Shown: positions 41,994 to 57,019 of the stretch, piece by piece | How the letters are laid out: each line of letters starts with the position of its first letter | Position numbering within the stretch: the first letter of the stretch is position 1 | NCBI GenBank assembly: GCA_964016885.1 | Contig: OZ024745.1 | Location: 97,154,001-97,218,000, forward strand | From: Eledone cirrhosa | Lineage: Eukaryota | Direction: 5' to 3' | DNA: 64,000 nucleotides | The notes under the pieces: generated by a model | The model's input: only the letters and a program-made list of their open reading frames with translations | The model's database searches: none | What the model was told of the DNA's origin: nothing | Program-made: the position numbers and the translations under genes

Positions 41994-42076
41994 TATATAT
42001 ATATATATATATATATATAGTTTTGTGTGTTCTGTTATTAATTCTGGCAATATTACACAAATATGACCCTCCCCAA

Positions 42077-42157
<81 letters not shown>

Positions 42158-42416
42158 GTAATAATAATAAATTTGAAGACTAAAATCCAATAATCATTTT
42201 GTTAAGGCTAAATACCGAGTCTTGTTACTCTGGAGTTTCGCCTGTTTATCACAGGGTCATCAGACCTATTATAAACTGGGGAAACTCTGGACCAATAAGT
42301 CTCACAATTTAGCCTTAATAAAATGTTTATACCACATACAGATATATATGTCTTGTGTGTGTGTGTGTTCGTGTGTGTTTGTGTGTGCGTGTGTGTGTGT
42401 GTGTGTGCGTGTGTGT

Positions 42417-42500
<84 letters not shown>

Positions 42501-42775
42501 TTGTGTGTGACTGGATTCACGGACTGAGATATATATAGATAAGATGTAAAGATAGATAGATAGATAGATAAGATGTAAGTAGATCCATGTATATACGCAT
42601 GTATACTTACATTGGAAGATTTCACATAAAAAGGATTACTTCCGTAGATCTGTTCGTGTTTATACGTATATGATTGCGTCGTCAAGTGAGAAATTTGTAG
42701 AAATTTGGTGTTTCTTCTGCAAATTTCTACAAATTTCGTACTTGACGACTCAATATATATATATATATATGTGTG

Positions 42776-42853
<78 letters not shown>

Positions 42854-42902
42854 AATGGAAATGTATATATTTAGACATTTCTGTGAGTTCATATGTGTCT
42901 TA

Positions 42903-42931
<29 letters not shown>

Positions 42932-42934
<3 letters not shown>

Positions 42935-43123
42935 GAGTAGGTAAGACCCCGACGGCTGAGCTCAAGCCGTTTCGACGGCTAATTCTGATAGAATTAGCCG
43001 TCGAAACGGCTTGAGCTCAGCCGTCGGGGTCTTACCTACTCCTATTACCCACTCTACTACCCTAAGTATTGAGTACTTTGGTGCGTTATGGTCCACCTGG
43101 TTCCTTACCACTTTTCCCTCGCT
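42932..43123 (+). mobile_element. Family H fold-back insertion in (TA)n
   Basis: Arms 42932-42986 and 42990-43044 with a 3-nt loop, followed by the family tail. Confidence 0.87.
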
Positions 43124-43435
43124 ATATATACATATATATATGTGTGTGTGTGTATTTAGTCATTTCTATGTGTTGTGTACTTTCACATATCTATTGATAT
43201 CTTTAATCATGTAACTGGTTTCAATCAGTACACAGTGGCCATACTGGTGCACTGCTTCGATTTGTTCAATCATATCAATTCTAGTGCGTATTCCTTTCAA
43301 GTCTAGTACTTATTTTATCGGTCTCCGTTTGTTGAATCGCAAAGTAACGACACATAAACATACATGCATATACTCACATACACATGTATATATCTATCTA
43401 TTTCTCTTTCTCTCTCTCTCTATATATATATATAT

Positions 43436-44731
43436 TCCCATTATGCCAAACCCATGACTTCCAAATATCTGATCACACCAAAATCAACATACTGATTGCG
43501 GATTTGGTACGGGTGATGTGAAACGTGTCCCGCATGTGCAACCCCAAAGAACTAGAGAGACACATACAACACTTCATCCACCGTATGCAGTTTTCTGGTT
43601 ACAATCAGAGAGATAAAATCAGAGTATATAGAGGAGCCAGAACCAAATGGGAAACAATGGTAAATAATGACACAAATAGGACCTGCCTCTTGTATATATA
43701 TATACTTGTATAGGAGCAAATTTTGGAATAGAATAGAAAGAACTAGGAATAAGGTTAATAGAATAAACTCATGGTATGATAGCAATAAATTCGAGAGTGT
43801 AATGTTCATCAATACAACCCCTAGAGGTGAATTAGCTTACAAATTCAGAAGGGCCCTAGATAAACATAAACTCAATATTAAGATAGTAGAAAGACCAGGT
43901 ACCCCCATAAAAACACTTATTAGTAATACATACCCTTTTCAAAGACCTCCCTGTATAGATAAGAAATGCATAATCTGTAAACTAAGTCCCCATATTAACT
44001 GTAAAACTAGAAACTTAGTATATAGCATAAGATGTACTGAAGGACAATGTAAAGATAAGAATATAGTGTATATAGGTGAGACAGCTCATAGTATAGGAGA
44101 ACGATTAAATAAACACTGGCGAGAGCTTCAAGATAGAAAAGAATCATCAGTACTCCACCAACATTCTAAAATAGAACATAAGGGCAAATTAGAGAACATA
44201 GAAATAAAAATAAAATCTACACACAGAAAAGACGCAATGTTTAGACAAATCACAGAGGCAATAAACATAAATGAACTCCAACCAAAATTAAATAGAAAAC
44301 ATGAATGGAATAGCAACATCACAACTTACAATTAAGGACAAAATGAAAACACACACACATATAGAACAAACAACCAACCAGTAACATGTAAATAAACAAA
44401 TAAATAAACAAATATAAACACACACAGACACCCGGGTGTAACACAAGCGCAAACTAAGCACACAACACACACAAAAACAAGATGGCGTAGGACAGAACAA
44501 AGGAGAGGCACAAAAACAAAGAAAAGAATCCCCAGTCACTGAAGAGGCCACAGAATGTGTGACGAAAGAACTTTGACAATATATGAACAACCGTCCGGTT
44601 GTGGAACCAACCGACCAACCGGAAATTTATAAACTCTTAAATTTATAAATTTAATTTATAATAAATTGGAGTGAAAGCAACTGGTGCGTGTGTTTCTTAT
44701 TGGCAACATGACCCTTCCAAAGCATAACAAT
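43436..44731 (+). mobile_element. 5'-truncated PLE family 2 copy (thumb, GIY-YIG, pLTR/HHR) in (TA)n
   Basis: ORFs 43525-43713 and 43667-44335 are nearly identical to 26031-26753 and 29079-29708. Confidence 0.92.
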
Positions 44732-44749
44732 ATATATATATATATATAT

Positions 44750-46640
44750 TTATTAAAATTACAGATTAAAGTTTAAGCAAAGAATCGCCCTTAACGGGAT
44801 CATCTGAAACTAAAAAAGTCAATATGTGAACGCAGAAGTAAATATTTCAAAAAACGTTGCAACCGAAGGAAGACAGGAAGACGATACTTTGGTTCGTGGA
44901 AACGTTCCCTGGCAAAGAACGGGAATAAAACGAAGATAATACGTCATTATTTGGTCCGATGAAAACAATTACACGCAAAGACAAAACCACGTAAATGGTA
45001 TAACTGAAGTCGTAGACTAAAATTCTATTTAAGAAACCGAATGGTTCTCGGCTTAAGAGTTAAGAATAAAGTAAATAAAATACAGAGGTAATTGAAATTA
45101 AATAAAATATAAACATACACGAATTCATATACGTACATACTCGTCATGAGTAAGGAAATACAAGCCCGTACACAAAAAAAAAACAAAAAAAAAACACGCA
45201 CGCACATACAGAACCCACGCAACGCCTGTACCTCATACATACGAGCGTATACACCAAATACACATAAAATATATATATAAAAACATATATATATATATAC
45301 ATGTGTGTGTGCGTGTATACATAATTAAATAAACGTATATAAATATACACACATAAATACGCATATAACGCGCGCGCACACATACCCACATGTAAATACA
45401 CATATGTTCGCGGACGTACGTCAACAAAACACAAAGTACACATATACACACACCTTACATACGTACGAACCCGCATACTCACACAGACGCAAAACTCACG
45501 TATACAAATAACCAAATGTACCAGTATATATAATATATACGCCAATAACATATACAAGCAAATATACGTACGAGAAAGTATACGTACCTTCACAAAACAA
45601 ACAGGTAATATATACTTTTATTTCCGTTATACGATCTAGCCCTAGCTAGGATCTCCCAGTATTACTTATATTGGATGTGGTTGTCTTTTAAACTCCAGAT
45701 ATAAGCTGAAAGTGACGTCATATTACTTCTTAAAGGGTTAAGAAAAGAATGGGTATGCATGTAAAGACGCTACTTGAATCTATTGGCGGTTAACCCTATG
45801 TAGGCCCTACGGGGCGTGGGTGTTTTAACCTTACATTTGTAGACAATGTTACAAGAGAGACATTTCCCGGATAGGGGGCAATCAACCCGATTCCTACAAT
45901 TACAGTTAGTACTAGCTACAGGGTTGCACGTGTTCCTACGGCTAGGTAATTTAGCTAAATTTGAAGCTGTGATGTTATGTGCAAGGTTAGGAGTCGTAGA
46001 GTAACAAATTTTAATGGTATTTCTATTTAAAATGTTACTATTTTTTATGTGCTGGGGGGGGGGGATGCTTCATAATAAGGGAGAGAAAGATCTAGCTAAA
46101 GGTGTGGCCACCTCCATATTATATGGTGGGTTATACCATATAATGCGTCGGCATCTATTTTTCCTAGGTCTATTCTCGTACTCTGTATAAGCTACCTTAT
46201 CGACAAATCCACTACGAGCAAGAGCTTCATTGTAATATGTGGAATGGTCGTTGAAAATATTCTCGTTTGTAGATAGACGGGAAAGCTTCAAAGAAACGTT
46301 TCTTACCAGGTTCTTGGTTATGCTGGAGGATGGTTAGAATGCTTACTTATGCAATTAAGCGTATCATTCGGCTTTCTATACGGGTAGTGCAAGCCATTCG
46401 ACAAATCGAGGGTAACGTCGAGGTAATTAACGACCGAGAGGTTGGCCTCAACCTGTATGGAGAGATTGAAGCCTTTAAAGCAGGCTGTGAGTTCTTTTCT
46501 GAACCTGTCGCAAGCACGTGGGCCGCACTTTGTCATGGACAAAAGACCGTCATCACGGTACAAACCATCGCCCACGTTGGGGAATTCTTCCTTGATAGAG
46601 AAAAGAAGGAAAAGGCCGATAAGATCAGTAACCTCCGTAG
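44750..46640 (-). mobile_element. Decayed Penelope-like element family 3 (RT C-terminus plus GIY-YIG)
   Basis: GLYRDDGL, VNYLDVTLDL, YRKPN...SNHPP (46318-46575). IIWYNPPY (46070-46291). NIVYKC..AYIGLT at ~45790-45850. The 3' UTR boundary is uncertain. Confidence 0.85.
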
Positions 46641-46664
46641 AATCGTCGAATGGGAGAGAAAAAG

Positions 46665-46851
46665 AGAAATGACTTCTACAGGACTAGAACTGTTTCATTC
46701 GAGGGAAATCACCAGGAAAAGACTTTTCTGATGATTTCCTTCGAATGAAAAATTCTAGTCCAGTAGAAACCATTTCTATATCAAACATTTATACTCTGCT
46801 ATGTATTGAGTACCTAACTTACTGTGGTTACCCCCGATTGAACCCGGGATA
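46665..46851 (+). mobile_element. pLTR fragment with 5' inversion and partial HHR core
   Basis: Inverted around ~46720. CTGATGA at 46728. Same family as 14020-14215. Confidence 0.78.
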
Positions 46852-46870
46852 CACACGCACACACACACAT

Positions 46871-46912
<42 letters not shown>

Positions 46913-46961
46913 TATTATGGAATACTGTTGGCTTTTTGCTACAATGTTTACTATACCTTTC

Positions 46962-47009
<48 letters not shown>

Positions 47010-47086
47010 GTTGTCCCCCACCCCAAAATGTATACACACTTCAACAGCATCTTATACAAAGTAAGTATACATTTTATGGGGACACC

Positions 47087-47215
<129 letters not shown>

Positions 47216-47279
47216 TGCGATGAGTTTCTGCAGTCTCAGAATTATGTGGGTGTTTGCTACTAAATGTATATAATTTTCA

Positions 47280-47690
47280 TATATATATTTTCAAAGATAT
47301 TTATACGTAGATATACTTTCGTAGATATATATTGATATATATATTTACATAGATATATATTCATAGATATATATTTACGTAGATATATCTTGATAGCTAT
47401 ATTTACATAGATATATATTCATAAATATATATTCATAGATATATATTAATAGATATATACTCATAGATATATGTTCATAGATATATATTTATAGATATAT
47501 ATATTTATAGATATATATTCATAGATATATGTTCATAGATATATGTTCATATATATAGGTTCATAGATATATATGTACGTAGATATATATCCATAGATAT
47601 ATATTTATAGATATATGTTCATAGATATATATTTATAGATATATATATTTATAGATATATATTCATAGATATATGTTCATAGATATACTC
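47280..47690. repeat. ~16-18 bp AT-rich minisatellite (ATAGATATATATT[C/T])
   Basis: Tandem degenerate units. Confidence 0.9.
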
Positions 47691-47895
47691 CTGTTCGTCA
47701 TTTTTCTGTTCCAAAGACTACTTCACTCTATTGTCTTTGTTATTAATATATGTTTACTTCAGTTCCATGATCAGCGACAGCTATTCGCCATTTAATCGGT
47801 TTTAACAGATAGTAATCTCAACACGGCATTTAATAAATATACATGAATATATGTATACACATGCATACATATGCATCATATATATACATATATAT

Positions 47896-47954
<59 letters not shown>

Positions 47955-47995
47955 TATAAGTATTAATAAAATAGATGTTCTTTTGATCAACTACA

Positions 47996-48046
47996 TTTTA
48001 TTATACATATTTCGGATGTAGAACAGTACGTCCTTATCAGACAAAA
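47996..48046 (-). ncRNA. HHR-like motif with C3/A8 mismatch (probably inactive)
   Basis: TTTTGT-CTGATAA-GGACGTA ctgttc TACATCC-GAAA-TATGTA-TA-ATAAAA. Related to the motif at 56842-56903. Confidence 0.6.
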
Positions 48047-48166
48047 TATAATGATACATGACATACCCTGAGATGTTAAATGGTTAAGATTTAATCAAGG
48101 TAGTAGTGCTTCCAATTTACTGTAAAACTCATTCTTTGACATAATCATCGAATATTGTTTAACAAC

Positions 48167-48244
<78 letters not shown>

Positions 48245-48289
48245 AACAACATACATGCATAATACATACATACATACGTACACGTAAAA

Positions 48290-49097
48290 CACAGACCATA
48301 GAGGGGATAAACCACTGAAAAAGCCTGGCATGGAGTTCCAACAAGTTTATGACATCACACCTTGAGGGATATCTCTATACAATACAGGAACAAGAACTCC
48401 CTACCAAATATCTGCTGCACAAAAGGGGAGGGCCAGCAGCTGACAATAAATGTAGGCTATGTAAAACAAAGATCGAGGATGTAAGCCACATTGTTGCCAG
48501 CTGCGAAAGAATTTCATCTCGCTACTACCTCCCCATGAGACACGATGGGATAGCTCGAACCATCTGGAACACACTTCGGAAAACAAAATTAACAACAAAC
48601 GAGGAAGAATATATTGAGACAGATGGCACTAAGGAATACTGGTGGAACCTGAAAATAAAAATTGCCACCAAATTAAACCACAACCGGCCTGATATTGCTT
48701 TTTTGGACCACACATTGAAAACGTGTTCTGTTGTGGAGATCAGCTGCCCACTTAATGTAAACGTTGTCAGAAAAATACAGGAGAAGGAGGACATCTACGG
48801 ACCATTGATGAGGAGTTTACAAATCCAGTATCCAAGATACACCTTTAGCTTCATACCCATCATTATTGGAGCTACGGGCAACCCGCTTGGCCCAAAGTAT
48901 GACTGAACTTGGATTTGCGGACAAAAAACGCAGCTCCCTAATTCATAGTCTGCAAATGGCTGCGATAGTTGGCACCTTCAAAATTTGCAAAACATTCTTC
49001 CGATTCAAGCGATGACAATTTCTTTTCTTTTACAACCTTGCCACGAGGAAGGTGGCCGGTCAAAAAAATATAGTCGAAATTAAGAGAAAGAGAATAA
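48290..49097 (+). mobile_element. 5'-truncated RLE-type non-LTR retrotransposon (R4/Dong-like) with (TACA)n flanks
   Basis: ORF 48349-48906: IQEQEL.TK, CCHC motif CRLC..KIEDVSHIVASC, RHD, NRPDI..VVEISCP (PD..E restriction-like nuclease), PIIIGATG. Confidence 0.9.
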
Positions 49098-49257
49098 CGT
49101 ACATACATACATACATACATACATACATACATACATACATACATACATACATACATACGTAGATATGTATGTATGGAAATGTGAGACTGTGTTGGACAAT
49201 AATACACAGGAATCGATACAGTAACATGTATACATACTTATCTTTTATATATCCATG

Positions 49258-49315
<58 letters not shown>

Positions 49316-49435
49316 TAATTTGTAAATATATTCGAATAAATATACACACATACACATATATATGTATATATATATATATATTTATTTAGTAATATATATA
49401 TATTGTATATATATATATATTTATGTAGTAATATA

Positions 49436-49480
<45 letters not shown>

Positions 49481-49536
49481 ATATATATATATATATATAT
49501 ATAGTAATATATATATATATATTACTATATATATAT

Positions 49537-49574
<38 letters not shown>

Positions 49575-49594
49575 CTATATATATATATATATAG

Positions 49595-49630
<36 letters not shown>

Positions 49631-49633
49631 ATA

Positions 49634-49708
<75 letters not shown>

Positions 49709-49886
49709 GTAATATATATATATATTTATAGTTATATATATATATGTATATGTATATATACATATATGTATGTATATATACGTATTTATTTTTATATATA
49801 CCCATTTATTCATACACACACACACATATATATATATATGTATATGTATATATATATATGTGTATAAATATATATATATATATATT

Positions 49887-50040
<154 letters not shown>

Positions 50041-50326
50041 TATATATATAATATCAACCACGATATTCGAAATGTGGGCGCACCCCCACGCGCACCCCCA
50101 GACTCTTCAATAATCGCTTGGCCTCTTTGCCTATGAATACCTCTAATTACGTTCAACGTCTCCATTTTACATGTGTATTTGTGTTAGTGTGTGTATTAGA
50201 GAGAAAAATGGCGAATGAATTGTTCTTTATTAAAAAAAAGAAAATATCTCAATTTGAATAGATGCACGTGTGTATGTACTTGTGTACATATGTGATTCTA
50301 TGCCTATGTAATATTTACCAATGTTT

Positions 50327-50441
<115 letters not shown>

Positions 50442-50553
50442 ATATACACACATATATATACATATATATATACATATATAACTGTTTTTCCAAAGTGTTT
50501 TATGTGTCTTCATGTATAAATGGAAAGAATAAAATGTAGCTGTATGTTTTTTC

Positions 50554-50926
<373 letters not shown>

Positions 50927-51025
50927 CCCGACCACGGCGCCAAGCGGTTTCTCCTAGAAATATATATATATATCAAGCAGAAACCGGCGTGGTCGGGATC
51001 TCACACATATCTCTTCAGCTCTTTG

Positions 51026-51890
<865 letters not shown>

Positions 51891-52075
51891 TATATTTGTT
51901 TGGGATCTGAAACCGCAGTAAGGGCACATATAGTAAGTACAGTGAATTTTTTGGAACTTATTTATTATTTTTTAAGATATTTTCTGTGTTTACACTCCCT
52001 TGATTATATATATATATATGCATATATATATATAATACATATATATACAGATATAAATATATGTATGCACATATG

Positions 52076-52196
<121 letters not shown>

Positions 52197-52422
52197 TATA
52201 TATATTGTTTTTGTTTTTGTTTTTGTTTTATTTTTTACTTATACAGTTTGTGTACAACATCGTCTTTCGTTACAGTTTTGAATGGACCAATCACTTGTTC
52301 ACTTTATTTCCGATGGTGAGAGTAAGTGCCTGTGAAACTCATGCTCAATATATGATTTAAGTAATATTTTCTTCGACCAGAATATTTTTTCTCGTCGGCT
52401 TTCTCGTCGATATCGTTAGCTA

Positions 52423-52538
<116 letters not shown>

Positions 52539-53253
52539 GTGTGTGTGTTGTGTGTGTGTGTGTGTGCGTGTATGCGTGTGTGTGTGAGTTGTGTGTGTGT
52601 ATGTGTGCGTGTATGAGTATGTGTGTGTATGAGTATGTGTGTGTGTATGTGTGTATGTGTGAGAGAGAGTGTGTGAGTGTGTTTGTGTATATGTGAGAGA
52701 GAGAGAGTGTGTGTGTGTGTACATATATATATATATATATGTGTATATATTGAAAGTTATCTGCTACTTATACACGGAATCACCTCAATAAAAAGATAGC
52801 TAAAATTATCTATTCAGAGAAAGGTGTACATATGCTGCTAACTTCGTAAACGTCATATATATCAGAATAAAATGGTCGGCTGTGCAAAAAGGACAATTGC
52901 TTCATTGATCAGGTGATTTTTAAAGGCCGCTGATCACTCCAGATTGCGTCACTCCACCTTAAATACAGTGTCCGTCTCTGATCAAATCATCGGTATTCCG
53001 GCATTTAGACTCATCTATCAATGAAACAATTGTTAATACTGTAAATAAAACCCTTTTTGTACAGCCGACCATGTTATTCTTCACTCTTTCGCTACTATTA
53101 CTCCAAGAATAACCTGCATGGGAATTCTCGCAAACTTACTACCTAACTAAGGAAACCTCTTGTTGAGTCAAACAACGCCGTACGTTAAAACTATCCATAG
53201 TACAGAGTACTCACAACCTCTAACTGGATTACCTAAAACGATAACTTATTATC

Positions 53254-53289
<36 letters not shown>

Positions 53290-53292
<3 letters not shown>

Positions 53293-53495
53293 AAAGGAAT
53301 CGGGACCCCCGACGGCTGAGCTTCGGCCGTTTCGACAGATAGTTCCGAACTAAGCCACCAGTATGTGTATGTATGTGTGTATACTAGTGGGTTAGTTCGG
53401 ATCTAGCTGTCGAAACGGCCGGAGCTCATCTGTCGGGGTCCTGACTCTTTTCCTATTACCCACTCTACTACCCTAAGTATTGAGTACTCTGGTGT
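53290..53495 (+). mobile_element. Diverged family H fold-back insertion
   Basis: Arms 53290-53361 and 53386-53455, with the family tail truncated. Confidence 0.8.
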
Positions 53496-53671
53496 GTTAT
53501 ATAATCGGAGACGAACTCATATACTAAGCAGATCTGACGACCTTTCGAGTACAGAGTCAGGTTCGATCTATTATTGATCTTGCCTCGAGCTGATCGATAG
53601 AGAATCATATGTAATATGTTATTAAATATGTTATGATGCAACACTGAATCCTTGTTCCTTATCCTTATAGT

Positions 53672-53724
<53 letters not shown>

Positions 53725-54107
53725 TCACTTGCACACACTATGCAACTCTAAGTATTACTGAAGTGACGACAGTACTATAAAACTAAAATGTTTTTATTAA
53801 CTAACACTGGCCCAAGCGAAACCATTAATCCAATCTTCAAATCTTCAACGTGATAAAGACACACCCAAATCCTGCCCAAAATATCGTCACTAATCCACTC
53901 TAAGTATATGAAAATACATGTTTTTCCTAATCAACAGAAGGCTGTGCGTGACTTACAACACTCCAAGTGCCCTTTCCTTTCCTAATTTTAGATGATTCGT
54001 CAATTAACCGTGAAACATGTAAAGGAAATCTACCTCTACAGTACTTACAATCAACAAACTCGTAAGCCATTCGTTGGAAACAACAGATGTTTTAGAACAA
54101 GCAAGTT

Positions 54108-54700
54108 CTGATTGAACACACCTGTGTTTCATTCTGGTTGATTGATTGGGTGAATATGATTGGACATACCTGTGTTTCTTTCTAATCGATTGGGTGAATA
54201 TGATTTAACACACCTGAATTTCATTCTGGTTGATTGATTGGGTGAATATGATTGGACATACCTGTGTTTCTTTCTAATCGATTGGGTGAATATGATTGAA
54301 CACACCTGTGTTTCTTTCTAATCGATTGGGTGAATATGATTGGACATACCTGTGTTTCTTTCTAATCGATTGGGTGAATATGATTGGACATACCTGTGTT
54401 TCTTTCTAATCGATTGGGTGAATATGATTGAACACACCTGTGTTTCTTTCTAATCGATTGGGTGAATATGATTGGACATACCTGTGTTTCTTTCTAATCG
54501 ATTGGGTGAATATGATTGAACACACCTGTGTTTCTTTCTGATCGATTGGGTGAATAAGATTGAACACATCTGTTTCTTTCTGGGTGATTCGATGAATACG
54601 ATTGAACATACCTGTGTTTCATTTTGGTTGATTGGATGAAGATAATTGATTGGGTGAATATGATTGAACACCTGTGTTTCTGACAGGTTGATTGGATGAA
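54108..54700. repeat. 44-bp minisatellite (TGATTGGACATACCTGTGTTTCTTTCTAATCGATTGGGTGAATA)
   Basis: About 12-13 tandem units with no unique spacers. Confidence 0.95.
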
Positions 54701-55277
54701 TACTTGCAAGGACTGTAAGTTATTTCACATTACTAAAGCACCTGTTAGTTTTAGCAGTTTTGTTTCATTCTGTAATATGTGAAGGATGTTCTGTGTGGAA
54801 CATGTGACGACCAAAGTGTACTGATCTGTGTCTTTTGTGGTTTATTGTGTTCTATATGGAAAGGTTCAAACGCCGAGTGTGAGAAACATAATTTATTAAG
54901 AATATCATGTATTATATTTACCCTTATGACATTTGTTGTTGTTGTTGGTGTTGGTGTTGTTGTTGTTGTTGTTGTTGTTGTTGACCAAATTTGGTAAATA
55001 TGGGTGATCAAACAATATAAATACTGAGAATCTGTCAACTCGAGCCATTTGGGCCATACCTTTAACTTTCTACGTTTAACGATAACTCCTTTCTTCAGTT
55101 ACACACGAAAACATTGTCAATAAGACATCACAATATGTGAGTCTCTCCTCACACCTTTGAATCTCGTTCATAAGAACGTGTGACTTCAAACATTTATCAG
55201 CAACAGTTAAATTAATTAAGGTAGCAGTGATCACTATAAACACTCATAGCGTGACAGATGTCTTGTTATTAGAAGAT

Positions 55278-55488
55278 TTGCAGTATCGGTAGAGCATCAG
55301 ACACCATGTTTTGCAAGCATAGAGTTATGGCCCTTCGTGACCTGAGTTCAAATCTCGCCAAGGCTAACTTTGCCTTTCATCCTTACGGGGTCGATAAAAT
55401 AAAGCACCAGTGGCGTACTGGGGTCGATTTAATCAACTTTTCCCTCCCCCAAAATTACAGGCCTTGTGCCTATACTAGAAATCGTTAA
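55278..55488 (+). mobile_element. tRNA-derived SINE (family S1)
   Basis: gcagtatcggtagag...gagttcaaatc...ctttgcctttcatccttacggggtcgataaa. Confidence 0.85.
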
Positions 55489-55750
55489 TAACTTCTATAA
55501 TAACTTACGCTATGTTAGTACTACTACTAATAAAGTTACACACGGTCTCTTAGAAAATAGGAATACAAGATGTCTCGTAGTATTCCTTGCCTATAAGAAA
55601 TAGAAGTTAAATTCCAGAACTTAAGATCGTGTGTTGAATTGTATGTATGGAGTTTTACCATTTCTTGATCGGTTGAGCAGCAAATATAGTTATAATGCAG
55701 AACATTCCTGAAATACCAAATATACATATATGTGTGTGTGCAAACTATCA

Positions 55751-55782
<32 letters not shown>

Positions 55783-56584
55783 GAGGGTGTATGAACCCAC
55801 ATACCTTAGTGCTTATAAAGCTGGAATCATGAGTTCGATTTCCGGACAGGGTGACGTGCTGTGATTCTTAGCAAGACACACTATAATTGAAGTTGATTCA
55901 GTCAGCCCAATTATAAAAAATTAATTGTGCTTGTAACTTAAAGAACCAACTTTGATACATGGTTTAATTCTGATTTTCCCTGAGAAATACGTTCAATGTC
56001 TGTGAAAAGCTCAACTATTTCTATGTTAATTTCCTGAGCCGGCTGTTTCGTTGTTTGGGCAGCTGGACCACTTGTCGTCGTAACCGACTGAGGCCCACTT
56101 GCTGGCTGGCTGGCTGGTTGGCTGTTGTGTGTGCATATGTGTGTGTGTTCGTGTATGTATGTCTCTGCATGTGTATATGTGTGTGCCTGTGTACATGTGT
56201 GTGTGTATGTGTACATGTGTGTGCCTGTGTGCATGTGTACATGTGTGTGTGTATGTGTACATGTGTGTGTGTACCTGTGTGCATGTGTACATGTGTGTGT
56301 GCATGTGTGCATGTGTTCATATGTGTGTGTACCTGTGTACATGTGTACATATGTGTGTGTATGTGTACATGTGTGTGTGTGTGTGTGTACGCGTTAGTGT
56401 GTGTATATATGCATACATGTGTGTCTGCGTGTTTTCCTTCTAAGAGTTTACTATAAATTCGGGTCAAGCCACAGTTTTATGTCAATATGGTAGATAGAAA
56501 CTTCATGTTCGTTGGATGGACTGTAAGTATATACTCGCCTGCTGCAATATGTTTGAGCAACGATTTGTTAGAAATAAAAAAACA

Positions 56585-56780
56585 AACACACACTCACATC
56601 TACACATAAACAGACACTCACATCTACACATAACCACACACGCACATCTACACATAAACACACATGAACATCTACACATAAACAGACACTCACATCTACA
56701 CATAACCACACACGCACATCTACACATAAACACACATGAACATCTACACATAAACACACACTCACATCTACACATAACCA
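56585..56780. repeat. 22-bp minisatellite (ACACACTCACATCTACACATAA)
   Basis: About 9 tandem units. Confidence 0.9.
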
Positions 56781-56841
56781 TTGCCAATACTGGAATTGAA
56801 CCATCAAGACCGTTGGGGTATGTCATACATCAATTCATGTA

Positions 56842-56903
56842 TTTTATCTGACGAGGACGTACTGAAAAAACAGTACAGTACTTTCGAAATATATATAATA
56901 AAA
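56842..56903 (+). ncRNA. Type I hammerhead ribozyme (palindromic stem III)
   Basis: TTTTAT-CTGACGA-GGA.GTACTG aaaaaa CAGTAC...TTC-GAAA-TATATA-TA-ATAAAA. Confidence 0.75.
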
Positions 56904-57019
56904 CATATATTTTGATTATGTGGATGTCTCCATTTATTAGTATTCTGAATAATATATATATATATATAAACCTCCCAATACATCATATAAATATATAAAA
57001 ACAATGTCGGAACCGTAAT

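Noticed and set aside
54108-54700. Possible CRISPR array (44-bp repeats)
   Set aside because: Head-to-tail minisatellite without unique spacers.
55938-56045. Possible minus-strand host exon (QEINIEIVELFTDIERISQ)
   Set aside because: No recognisable domain or convincing splice sites, and the ORF is largely microsatellite.
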